64,000 nt of DNA. It comes from Psammoneis japonica (Eukaryota). Position 1 is the stretch's first letter. Every line of letters begins with the position of its first letter. Below the pieces are notes generated by a model, which did not search any database, had not been told where the DNA came from, and saw only the letters and a program-made list of their open reading frames with translations. The stretch is from NCBI GenBank assembly GCA_008632985.1, contig QPGO01000021.1, positions 496,001 to 560,000 on the forward strand. The letters run 5' to 3'. Both the position numbers and the translations under genes were made by a program. Below are positions 38,331-50,296 of the stretch, one piece after another.

Positions 38331-38617
38331 TGTGTAGTGTCTATTTTGAGTAGGTTCAGGTATCAGCGTCGTCATTGTTGATCACAACATCATGACCCAA
38401 ACAAAACGGTGACGATGGATGACGTGTTCACTTTTTCCTTTTTCAATCTGGAAATCCCCAAACAAGACTGGATTCACGACTCAAAAGTTCCCTCCGACCC
38501 TGCTCCGACCTGCGTTGCGGCCTAACAACGCCACGACAAAACGGCCCAAGCGGCAAGTGGCGAGACAACTTCCAACTTCAGGTCAATAGCATTGGGTAAA
38601 TGGAGCTAAACAAGGTG
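38200..38617 (+). repeat. Dispersed direct repeat, copy B, containing a (GT)n microsatellite at about 38297-38335
   Basis: Colinear similarity to 24845-25180. Confidence 0.9.
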
Positions 38618-39204
38618 CTTTTGCTATCCCTTATGGAGAAAGTGGTTTTGTGTTGTCTTTCAAGACACAGAACCAAGAGGCTGGAGAGTGTAGTCGTGGT
38701 TCATCACATTGCAGACTGGAGTGAACCAAGCTCAAAGCTTGATGGATAATGCGAAGAAGAAGTGAACGTGTTTCATCCCATTTCAATCTATGTGTCTGAG
38801 ACGCTTGCGGTGGACTTTCTTTCAATGAAAGCGGTGTTCGCATGCTTTGCGAAAGCTTTGCGCAGATTCCATGAGTCCTGAGCCATTGAAATACTCTAGC
38901 GATGCAGCGGACATTTCTAATAAACATTGTTATCAGTGACAGATGATAGGGTATATACGTATACAGCCCAAGTGGTTACTTCGTTTCTGGCACTTGTGAA
39001 TCTTCCTCGACACTTTCGCCAGTGACAACTGAAAACTGGCGATGGGGCGTAAAAACTAATACGGAGGATGAAAGTCGAAAGCCAAACTACACATGAATCC
39101 TTGACGTTTCACCGCTCCAATCTAGTGAAACGATTTCTGAATACGTCTTGGCAGTCTCGACACAACGTCTCTCCATTGGAGACAACGCTTCTGGACTGTG
39201 CAGA

Positions 39205-40330
39205 CTAGTCGTATGCAGCTAATAGTTGGACACACTCCATGTCTTGCCAGAGTCGACTTGAGACTTTCTTGCGTGGCCTCCATCGCGCCGGATTACAAAC
39301 CGCCTTGTGGCTCCCATGCCAATCGCTGGCGAGACAGGCATCGCTGCAATAGAATGCAATATAACACCTGTTGCATACGTTAATATCCTCGGACTTTTTC
39401 CCGCAACAGTTACATTGGGAACACCCTGTTTCAAATGAGCACACGCAGCTTCAGTAAACTCCTTTACTGTAGAACGGCCTTGAAGGCTCCCAAGGGCTTT
39501 CGTCAAGACGTCGTCGCCGCCAGCAGCAAGCACTGCAGATTGGACAACGTTGACATGAGAGAACATCCGTGCCATTGGATTTTTTCATTCTCAGGGTATT
39601 GCTCCATACACTCCAGAATGTTTGGGATGCCTCCACAAGCAACGATTTGTAACCGGAGTGTGTCCCAATCCAAGGTATCCCGCCGATAGAACATTAGTTT
39701 GGCGATCAGATCCAATGCGTATTGAGCAATATGCCCTTGTGTCTTGCCTTCTGTGACTTGATTCCTCATGAATGAAATTGATGCTTGAATCCCCCCGGCC
39801 TGAACGACAGCGGCAGCCATCGACTGATCGTCAGCCATATCGCCTAACATGAGCAGTGAAGTCAGAACGGCTGAACCAACAAGTTCTCCTAACTGCTCGG
39901 GCATTTCGGCCTCGCAAATGTTCCTCATTGCGGCAAGCATGGTCGGAATGCCGCCAGCCCGGAATATAGCCCGCTCGACTTCTAACTCCTCTTTGAGAAC
40001 CACAGAGAACAGCACGATTTGGCCTGTCACTAAGGCTGTCGCATTTCGATCCAGCATTTCTTTCATGGCATTGAGGAGTTTACCAACGCCACCAGTTTGG
40101 AGGAAAGCGCGAGTTGCCCGGTGCTCAAACTCATGAATGAAATCATGGAGAAACTTTATGGCGTGACAGACCGCCAAATCATCTGTCTCTGACGAAGTAT
40201 CGAAGGACGACAGGTGGGAGACAATTTCTGAGATACAGTCGAGTAAACCGTGGTCATCTTCTTGTAGAGTTTGTTTTGGTTCTGGAGCAGATCTTCCTTT
40301 CACTCTGTTGCGCCTGCTCTTTTTTCCCAT
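39205..40330 (-). CDS. ARM-like repeat protein with C-terminal MYND zinc finger (frameshifted)
   Basis: CNCC...CNRC...YCSDACLASDW..HKAVC is a zf-MYND pattern. The GGIP/GGVG helical repeats are ARM-like. Confidence 0.75.
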
Positions 40331-40574
40331 GATGAACGAATCGGTTTTACTCTCTCAAGAGCTTGCGAGAGCGTTTAGAGCTGTGTGCGTTTGTTGGCGT
40401 ATATGGTATGGAGACAGAGCGAGTGGGAAGATAAAAAAAAGCGTGTCAGCTTTGGCAACCTTTGCCGACAGCGGACAGCGGCGACATAACAATGAACTCA
40501 TTGCACCATCGCACATCGCGCATCCACCGCGTAGATACCGCGATGATTTTTGGCGCGCAGCCACCTACCGGTAT

Positions 40575-40810
40575 TGTACCTCTCTCCTCTCTCTACTCTA
40601 GCTCTAGAGTAGAGAGTAGTAGTAGTAGTAGAGAGTAGTAGAGAGTAGTTGAGTAGGGAGTAGGGCCCTCTCTACAAGTACGGTAGCTAGACTACACAAA
40701 GCACAAACTGAAAGACTGCGGCATCCATGAATTTGAATTAGATAGCTAGGAACCTAGCTCTCTCTACCTAGCTGCCGGTAGGGCCTGCCCTCTAGCTAGT
40801 AGATACTAGG
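40575..40810. repeat. TAG/AG-rich low-complexity tract
   Basis: (AGT)n, AGAGTAG and CTAG motifs seen directly. Confidence 0.7.
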
Positions 40811-41335
40811 CGCCACCGGTGGCATAGCAAGCACTCACGAAGTAATGAAATCTGCTGTTCAACGTGCCGCTAGAGACAAAACAACAGAGAACAAAAGATC
40901 TAGACGATATTCTGTATTCGTACTACCGACTGGGATCTTAGCGAAGTATATACCGTTGCGGCTAGTTTGATATCCACCAAGCAAAATTGTCCCGGCAGGG
41001 CAGCATTCTTACCGTATGCCATGTCCTTCCTGAGCAATGCTTACAACGATATTCACGTCATACCACCATGATTTCCAACGGAGAAATCACATTGAGCGAG
41101 GCATCTTTAGTTGATTGGAAAGATGTTGGAACACTTCAGTGAGTTGGCTGTGGTACCGGAAATGCTCGGCTGCTTTTTCATAGAAAACTTGATAGTCCGT
41201 CACGCCACTCAGCTGGAAATTCATTAGGAACGTATCCATCTCCAGATGTAAACCATGCTTCCTACGCACGCCTTTCCCTGCTAGTAATAGTATTACAGTC
41301 CTCGTCAAATTGTTCCTGTTGCAAAACTTCCAACT

Positions 41336-42370
41336 TCACGTGGCTAGAAAGCCCCCAACCATACCACCCAGTAAAACATAAATACTCTTTTTCAGCAGCT
41401 TCTCACCCTTTTTGACGCTCTGAAACGTAGCGCTAGCAATCATGGCTGTTCCAATCGCCCATGACAGGGGAAAACAGGGACCAACAAACATGCTTTGAAA
41501 CTGTGGGTCGCCATGATGGCACAGGTAGTCCATACAATGGCATAGGCAATACGGTGGACGCACGAGCTCCAACCACATGGGGAAGTGTCGACTTTCCACC
41601 GGCCTTTTTGTTGTCGACAAGAACATCTTCTAGATCCTTTAGAATTTCTCGAGCCACGCCAACCGCCATCCTACGGATGCCAAACTCACAAGTCGAGTCA
41701 AATCTCGTCGTGACAAACTCTTGCTACTACTACTACTGTCCACAAGAATGGCTCCAACAAGAGGAGAAACTCCCAAGTAGCCAACAACAAGTTCTTGACG
41801 AGAAAGACTTTTTGCAATCCCCAATGCATACAAGAGCATGACGCATAAATTGGAACTCGTCCAAACCAAAAATCGTGTATTGTTTGCAATGAGCAACAAG
41901 GATGTTAGGGACAAGGACCGACACATACGTCCACGCCTGCCTTTGCGAAATGCGGCCCGAGGGAATGGGTCGTTTCTTTTTCGAGGCATGCATGGCATCC
42001 ACCTGGGCGTCGGTACAATCATTGGCAGCCATGCCTGCTCCATACGAAATGTAGACAGACAAGGCTGTAGGGAGAGTTGCTTTGGAATCTATAGCAAGGC
42101 ATCCACAACAAGCGCACCGACGGCTTGAACGATTGTATAGGGACGAATCATGTCAGGTAGTCTCGTGCCGTTTCTCCTATTTGTTGTTGATTCTTTCGGA
42201 GATGGTGTTCCAATAGTTTGAAGCCTTGTCATCCTAGAATAATCATGCTTGTCTAATTCAATTAGATTCAGAGGAGACTGAAGACGGATAGTAGGTGGCG
42301 GTGTTGAATAAGATTGAAAGGCATTCACAAAACAAGCCGCACACGCAGCGAGAATGACAAACACCCTCAT
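41336..42370 (-). CDS. UbiA-family prenyltransferase (DGGGP-synthase-like), probably plastid-targeted; fragmented by introns or indels
   Basis: Asp-rich motifs NDCTDAQVD...RPIPSGRIS and REILKDLEDVLVD..GKSTLP. N-terminal signal peptide ending VNA-F. Confidence 0.8.
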
Positions 42371-42869
42371 TTTTTGTTGAACCCCAGTTTGAACTCCAAA
42401 CGATCATTCGCGCATGTGCTTTTCACGCTCCTACTAAGAGAAAACGACACGAGCAATAGATTGAAGATTACGTTGTAGGGCATGGACGGAAACAGCACCG
42501 CCATGGTCTATCAGCGCGGAGGAGAGTATCGCGAGTCGGTCGTATTGGAGATAGTCTAGCGTGCTGACTTGACCACATTTCTATCTATCTAATCTATGCA
42601 TCTACTTCTATCTGATCTATCTTCTTGTTTTCGTACACAGCATCAAAGCCCATCGCATCATGCCTCTCTGGACGGGTACACCAGCTACTAGATTGCAATA
42701 GAGAGCGATTATCAATCATCTACATTAGTTAAAATATTATTTTGAACCCAAACACAAAGTTGGAGCAGTTGTCCTCGCATACTATGCCATTTACCATTGA
42801 CGTACACCGGTACACCAATAACACCTAAACACCGCACAAACCCCCGCACTGTCCTTCACGGTTTTTATC

Positions 42870-43793
42870 CTCTTCATGGTTTTGTAAGTTCTTCTACGTT
42901 TGCCATGAGTTGAGCTGCCTTGGAATCTTTTGGAATGTCCACTTTTCCTTCCAAAACGTCGGATACAGTCTTGCCTGGGTAGTATTCGGCAATGATCTTT
43001 TCCATTGGCTTGATGACGCATCCTCGAATCTATGCAGAATACAACAAAAGTAGTAGTCATTACGAAGTGTAAGTTTAGTACAAAGTGATCCATCAGGCAC
43101 ACAACATTTCTTTCCAGCCACTTACCTGTAGGGAAATCATTCCTCCTTCAGTGTTGGCTAAACAGGACATGAATTCATCAAACGTGAGAGACATAATATG
43201 TATCAAACAAGACAATCACGCCCCACTATTCGTTTATCATGAAACTCACAATACGCATACGCCGATTGGAGTCCCGTCGCACCAACACCACGACCCGTTC
43301 CGACTTCACCACCCACGGCTCCACTGGCAAGTCCCGCATCGGCTCCAAACTTGATTGGCGCATCTTTTCCCAATGCAAGACTGTTGACAGCGGCTTGATT
43401 TAACAATAATACAGTTTGTTTTTCCGCATATCCGAGTGATCCAATTCCCATGCCCGTCATGGCAATAGGCAACGGCGGAGACCACTTGTCGGCACTGCTG
43501 CTGCGCACCAAGACAACTCCTGACGCATCCTTGGCGGCTGCCACCAAGGCACCAATCTCTTTGGTATTAAGGAGAGCAATGCCACTGCAATCCAGAATTT
43601 TGTCCTTGGGAAAAGTGGGATGCGTCGATGACACGACGGAATGGAGTGGCGAGGGCATTGTCCAAAATGCCATCCATGTCTTTTGGGCCTGTAAAGCCGG
43701 ACATTTTGTTTACAGGTTTGTATAGTCTCAGGGATCAGCAGTAAGGAGGTAGGTGCGTGTTGTGTTCTTATTTTCGCCTCCACCCTCCACCAT
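42870..43793 (-). CDS. Ysc84/SYLF (lipid/actin-binding) domain protein, multi-exon
   Basis: SGVVLVR...KWSPP...GMGIG...VLLLNQAAV...KFGADAGLASGAVG...AYAY pattern. Exon boundaries are approximate. Confidence 0.7.
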
Positions 43794-44351
43794 GGCTTGA
43801 CGCGATTAGGCTTTCCCGCGCGGATCTTTTGGATCTTTGGAATCTGGATTCTGGAATCATTGTGTTGGAATTCGATTGATTCACGAGAGTGATTGTCAAC
43901 TTCAACCACAAATCGCCAATAAGAATGGATGACGTCGTAGTTCCCGAAGAAATTCTGAAGTTCGCCAAACTGTGTAGACTGTAGTAAAAAAATTACGCAT
44001 GTAGAATACTACATAATTTTGTTACTGAGAATTCTCAGTAAATGAAAGTACACTCTCTACGCAATCGTATTTTTGGAATCAGTATGTTTCCATCGTGGAA
44101 TTCCACGTTGACACCTCCCGCCCTTTTTTCTCTAGTATGGACTGCTGTACATTTCTACGGGTGTCTTCGACTGTGTGTTCTCTCTTGGCAGCAACTTCTG
44201 AGAGCTTCTACGAAGAAAAGCGTAGAATTTGTACTGGCGGAAGCGAAATCTTTCGATCCCCACAACACTCTCCCACACTTTTTGCAACAAAACACCACTT
44301 GATCACTCTTTGTTCAGCAACTCCGCACAAAGGCACAACACAGAAAATAAA

Positions 44352-45064
44352 ATGGTATTTGCCGATTCAGTCAACCTTGGACGTCGTCTCTCTTCCAGAG
44401 CCGAGAATGATTTGATGCAAGAAGATTTCATGAGTAAGTTGTATGTTGTTGTATGTATGTTGAGAAGAATCTTTCTCGCCAATCGATCGGATCGTGTAAC
44501 TGCTAATTGTTGAAGTGAAGTATCATCAGCACATAGCGCGACCCTATGGGGGTCGTGTGTGTGTATTACGTCTTGAGAGAGATGTTTGGCTCCGACGGTA
44601 TGCCACTGGCGCCATGGTGTCTGCCGGAGGTTGCGTCGACTGTGATGGATTTGTTCTCTCTGCGTCTGCGCGGCTGTTCCTGTACAGTCTCTAAGTAGCG
44701 ACAGCTGTTTTTGCGACAAAGACACTTGTAATGTTCCACGGTATTCTTACAGCATGCTCTCTTATCTCTCCCTACAGGCGACGACTTGTCGTTGGCTCAG
44801 TGTGAATCGATTGCGAATAAGCTGTCCAATGTCAAGGATTTACCAAAGGCGTGCAAGGCGTATCCCGATGTTGTCAAGTCGTTGCAAAGACGCACCACGG
44901 GGACCGCCAGTGATGCTGCCATTGCCTTTCAGGGGATGCGAGCCGGATCGGCAGCGGCTGCTCGTGCCAACCGTGCCAAGGGAAAGGAACATTATGCCCA
45001 AGTTCAGCGTCGTTATACGCAGAGCGGACGATTCAATTCAAAGAAAGCGACGCAAAGTGCTTGA
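44352..45064 (+). CDS. Small hypothetical protein, 2 exons
   Basis: Exon 44352-44433 joins ORF 44786..45064 in frame through a GTAAGT..TACAG intron at 44434-44777. Confidence 0.6.
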
Positions 45065-45695
45065 ATATTGAATTAAGAAGAAGAAGAAGTGCTTTGGATC
45101 TTTCTAAATTCCAACACAGGTTCTGGGCGTTCTTCATGAACAAGTGATTGACGGACTTGAAGAGAAGTTTTGTGTCTGTGGTTTTTAGGCATACATGAGG
45201 ATTAGATGAGTGTCCATAGTAAACATTTACATTTTGATGACGTACTGTACGTCCTGTAGAAAGACTTGCACCTAGCACCGTCTCTGTCGTGCTACGCTGC
45301 CGTGCTACGCGTAAGCTTGTGCAAGACAACGAGTCACATTGTGCATCAACAGTCTTCATTATCTTTCTCCTTGCAGACATGATGTACTGTAAGACTAGAG
45401 AGTTGACACCCCTTCCAGTACCGGTAGCTGCTTTAGCATGCAGTAGCAACCCTGTCGCGCGGTGACGTGTCCATCGCATTGGCATCAAAGTGCCAAAATC
45501 CGAACACATTGTGCGACCAACAACGGGACTACCACGACCAAGAGCGTTGTCAATATTTTTTATTAGCAGAAGTACTCTGTACATTACTACTATTTGGCAA
45601 GCAACAAAGAGGGACTACCACGACAAGAGCGCTGTCAAAAGCCTCGCAAATTTTTCTGTCTAGTTGTATTAACAAATCTACTATAACTGCACTTT

Positions 45696-47098
45696 TTACT
45701 TGGCAAGCAACAAAAAGGGCTCGACTGGCATTTCAAACTTGGTCTTGGAAGATAGAGCATCCACCGCGTCACCGACAATTGCCGATTCTGTATCGTGGGG
45801 TACAACTGCCATTTGAAAACTACCCTTCATGGTTCCCGTCCTTGTCGATAGCTCACATCCACTCATGTAGGCAAACACTTGGCCTGGTTTCAACACGGGC
45901 AAGTGACCGACTTTTAATATAGAAGGACGACGCGTACAGAAACAGTGATTAGTGTTACACAGGAAAAAATACACACAAGCCATAAAGATATATCACTATA
46001 CGACATACCTGCTCCGGTTGTCAGGGCTACAACCGAGACGGGATTACCAATGTGCTCCATTTTGTCATTTGTTTCTTGAATGCACCATTTTCGACCCAAG
46101 AGTTGGACTGTATCTTGGTTGGTGGATAGATTTTCAACTCGTATCCGATAGGCAAATCGATGTTTCATAGTATTGTCATCCAGTGTTGATGATTCGAGAG
46201 GGTTGTTGTTGTTGTTGCCGCCACTCGATGCTGTTCCAATGCAACTGGATGAAAGCGAAGAAACATAGTCGGCATAAAGAAGTTAGCATCTTTTCAAAAG
46301 AGTGGTATGAATACATGCGTTTTCTTTTTTGAGAAACGTACCGACTGGTGGCAACCACTCGAAGTCCATGCTGAACAGATACACTTGTTCGTTCCATCAT
46401 GGATTCTTGTTCATTCAAGAGTCGTACCGCTTGAATGGCCAAGCCATGAATAGGAGTCATGCTGTCGATAGTACAGGTATTGTTGTTGCTGTTGTTACTA
46501 TTCTTGGTTTGAAACGCATGTCGAATCGCGCTGGTAAATCATGACGAGATACCCACTGCGAATCTTTATTGGATGTTTCATCAATGCTATTTAATAAATC
46601 CGTTTCCCAATCCATGATTTTTGTCTTGTTGTTTTGCATTTGTTGTTTGTAATAGTTCGTGCTTTGTACAACCGACAAGAACCACGACCAAGACGCATCA
46701 AAGTGTCCCGCCTTTTCTTCGTCACCCAAACTGCTCCACTTGCAAAACAAATTGAGTACGTCAAAAATAATCTTGTCGTCGTCATCGTGATCTTGTTCTT
46801 TCGTATCAAGAGAAAATGTTTGGGCTTGTCCGTAATCTTGAGGATGTAACTTGGGTTGCAACAGCCATTCATGATGCTCTGATGTTGGAAACAAACGATG
46901 GCACTGACGTAGCAAGATCCGATACAGTCGGAGACTCTTTTGTCGGGTGTGATTGTGCTCATCGGTAGTAGTAGTAGAATTCTGTTGTACGAGTTGCAAA
47001 TGTCTGACAGAATAATGGGGTAGCCTTTTGTTGTATGTGGGAAAACAGACGGCCTTGTTGTCGGCGCAATAAGGCTTCTGGAAAGAAACAAGTGCATG
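45696..47098 (-). CDS. ApaG (DUF525) domain protein, multi-exon
   Basis: FAYRIRVEN...VQLLGRKWCI...VGHLPVLKPGQVFAYMSGCELSTRTGTMKGSFQM. Start is uncertain. Confidence 0.8.
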
Positions 47099-47570
47099 TT
47101 TTCAAATTTCTTTAGGCGTTCTCCAGTGCAAAATTTGGAAACTGTATTGCTTCCATCAAGAGTTCTGACTGTAGCTAATGCAACGTAAGGACACGATAGG
47201 GCCTCTTTGATACATACACAACTGCCAAACATTGAACATGAATGAGCTCGCCGAGCGATCGCGTTGGGATTTGGGATGTGCTGCCGATCGAATCCACGTG
47301 GAACTTCGTACTGATTCTACGGCGGCCGGATCTTGGATCTTTTTTATAGTAGAGTTTTTCTCATTCATCAGTCATCAGAAAAGTTACTCGTTGACAAGAT
47401 AGAAAAGCAAAGCATAATACTGCTGTCCCTGAAACTACGTTTTGCAATTACATCAACGCCAGAGGAATAGAGATAGAACTCTATCAAGTCATAGACGACA
47501 CAAAGACAATCCTCTCTGTGCGGGCGGACTTTTTCCCCTGCGGCATATCCTTTAGAATCTACTAGAAATA

Positions 47571-48131
47571 ATGACCACAAGAAGCAACGACGACCATCCA
47601 AACGATCCACAGTCGTCAAGCTCGAATGATGTTTTGCAGGCGGCAAACGAAGCTTCTAAACAAGCCGAAATGGCTGCACAACTTTTGAAACAACTTCAAG
47701 GCATTCATACAAAACTCAACGACAATCCTGTGCAGTCTGCTTGTAATTCTTCCACAGGGACTACAGCACGTCGACCTCCGCCACCACCCTCGGACCCACC
47801 ACCACCAATACAATCGGCACGAGCTGCCATGAAGGCTTATAATGATAATGCTCAATCCATACAACAACAACATGATGATACGACGACTCCTCTTGACAAT
47901 GTCGAAATTGTGGATTACTCGGCCATTTCTGCAGAGGATCGTGCCGAGGCGGCAAGAAGGTTGTCTCGTTATCAACAACGAAAACGACGAAAACAAAAAC
48001 TCAGACGCATTGCTAGACTTCTATTGCGACTTGTCGTTTTGGTCCTTGTCATGTATTTGCTTTATCGGTACTATGCATTCCAACAACAACAACCAAACAA
48101 CAAGCAAAGTACGCTTGAGGAGGAATTATAA
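47571..48131 (+). CDS. Hypothetical protein with a single C-terminal transmembrane helix
   Basis: 186-aa ORF with a basic stretch followed by a hydrophobic helix. Confidence 0.65.
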   Translation: MTTRSNDDHPNDPQSSSSNDVLQAANEASKQAEMAAQLLKQLQGIHTKLNDNPVQSACNSSTGTTARRPPPPPSDPPPPIQSARAAMKAYNDNAQSIQQQHDDTTTPLDNVEIVDYSAISAEDRAEAARRLSRYQQRKRRKQKLRRIARLLLRLVVLVLVMYLLYRYYAFQQQQPNNKQSTLEEEL

Positions 48132-48186
48132 AGACATGAGACGAGACGACCCCAAAAACACGCTAGAGAAAGCAAGCAATGAGTCA

Positions 48187-48551
48187 TAGTGTGACCAGTC
48201 TTTGGAAAATGGAAAGATATACAATTGAGAACTGACTGTTGGTTGAGCAGTCGCACTGTCGTGATCGAGATAAAGAACGAGGCGTGGTAGTAGTTAAATG
48301 GGTCAAAAATAATGTTGAGAAAGGCCGCTTATAGCAAGCAGCATCGTTGTCATTTACAAAATGGGTTGTAGTGTGACCAGCCTTGAGATAACGAAAGGCT
48401 ACATGCAATTGAGAACTGACTGTTGGTTTGAGCAGCCACACCGACATGATCGAGCTTGACGCTCTGGAGACAACGAGCCGATGGTATTATTTAAATGGGT
48501 TAGTATAATGAGTGAAAGGCCGCGTAGCAAGGCAGCATCATTGTCGTTTAC
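48187..48551 (+). repeat. Diverged two-unit tandem duplication (about 180 bp unit)
   Basis: TAGTGTGACCAG, CAATTGAGAACTGACTGTTGGTT, TTAAATGGGT and GAAAGGCCGC each occur twice, with units starting at 48187 and 48369. Confidence 0.85.
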
Positions 48552-48618
48552 TGCTCCATAGCATTGGCTTTTTGCCGAGAAAATTAGATTTGCTCTCAAC
48601 TACATGCGGTATTTTTTT

Positions 48619-49836
48619 CTACAGCACGCTAAATAGCTTGTTCCATTCTTCGTCAGTTGGCGGCACCCGACTCTCCGCTGTCCCGATACCAAAGTCAACA
48701 TTCGCGGTCGACTCGATTGCCAAACTTCGGACCATTGCTTCTGCAATACCGCAACGACTCGTATCACCTAAACAATATGGAAGAAGAAGAAGAAGAAGAA
48801 CAGACAACATTTGTTGTTAGAGTTTCAGAGCAAGTGGCACATAAAAGGTGTACGATTGGTTGGTCGCCAGAGACTGATTCACACGAGAGCATCACCTAGT
48901 TGCGCATCCGTTGCCGTGGCAGTAAGAATCGCCTTTCCACCTGGTCCAGGCATGACATCTCCCTTTTCCAAAGTAACACCCCGAACGCCGCAATCAAACA
49001 AGAGTTGCCTAAGGAAGAGGGTAAAGCGAAGGAGAAAATAATGTGGTGTTAGCCAACCGCATGTAGCCATCCGACCAACTGGATTCATTCGGTCACACTC
49101 TTTACACGGCTCTTTCTTACCACTTGACGATATCCTTTTTTGTCATCTCGTAGAATTCGCTACCCAAAAATTGACTGTATGCATTCCCTTCTCCGCATGC
49201 GCCGCCCTTTAGCGTTCCTGCTCGCACAATTGTGTAATCCGCCCCTACCGAAGCACAAGCGTCCTTCACAGTACTCTCAAATGCGTTGTAGACAGACGAA
49301 GCACTTCCATCCCATACTTCTGAGTTGGCAGTTGCTCTGGAAGCCTTGACCAAGAAGCCCATACCTTTGCCATTCAAATTGCGACTCATTGCAACAACAC
49401 GTTTCAATTTCGGCGTCGATCCAATCAAAGTTTTTACAGATTTCTCGTCAAGAGGGTCAAAATCATCCACAGCAAGCACCAGCGCATCCGTAGTTTCCAA
49501 GGATGCTTGCCACGTTTCGAGATCGGACGAATCAATCAGTTGTAAATTGGACGACACGATATCATCCGCGTCAATGAGTTTGTCGAAAGCATCTTTTTGA
49601 TCGGTTGGGTAGAGTACCCAAGTTTTGTATCCCGCCAGCGCTGCCAGTTTCGCAGTAAGGACAGATATGAAACCTCGACCGACAACACCAACAGATGATG
49701 ACTCAGTTGGAGGGACTACTGACATGGGCAGACTGGTGTGTACGCTTGTTGTTGCGCCATTCTTTTTTAGCGGAAGGACAAACGCGGAAGCTACCGTCGT
49801 TGTCAAAATGAGTGATCTCAGAAAGGATTTCTTCAT
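48619..49836 (-). CDS. Plastid-targeted NAD(P)-binding Rossmann-fold protein, 3 exons
   Basis: Presequence with ASAF motif, VGVVGRGF, YTIVRAGTL and GDTSR. Two introns in the 3' part. Confidence 0.75.
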
Positions 49837-50296
49837 TTCATTGAGTAGGAACGGTGGTATATTTCCTCGAAATAGCAAGCAGAGAGAGATGAGGATCTTT
49901 TCTCATCATCGGCAGTCGCTAATCGAATCTGCAAATCGCCATCGAACATCGATCATGTGGCGCACATCAACTTCAACAATGTTTCGACTTGATGGACTGA
50001 ATTCCAAATTTTGTGACGAAAATGGAAGTGCCTTCATAGAATGACTAGTGACACAATCTATTTATGTCAAAGTGAGAACAACTGACGTTTATCTAAGTAT
50101 TGGAAATGGTAAGGTCATCATGATTAAAAATTATTTAACCCCATGACCGTTGATACCGTATTTCGGATCGCATCGCCCACAAATTATTAGTGCCGATTCG
50201 CCATTGCCGTTCCATTTCCATCGTCCCGCAACTCTTGACTGGCGTTTGAAACGCTATTACGTTGAAGGAGAAGACAATACATTGTTTCTTGTTACG

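Noticed and set aside
24845..38617. Direct repeats as LTRs of a 13.8-kb retrotransposon
   Set aside because: They overlap a host gene's start, are clearly diverged, lack evident TG..CA ends, PBS or PPT, and no gag/pol motifs were seen.
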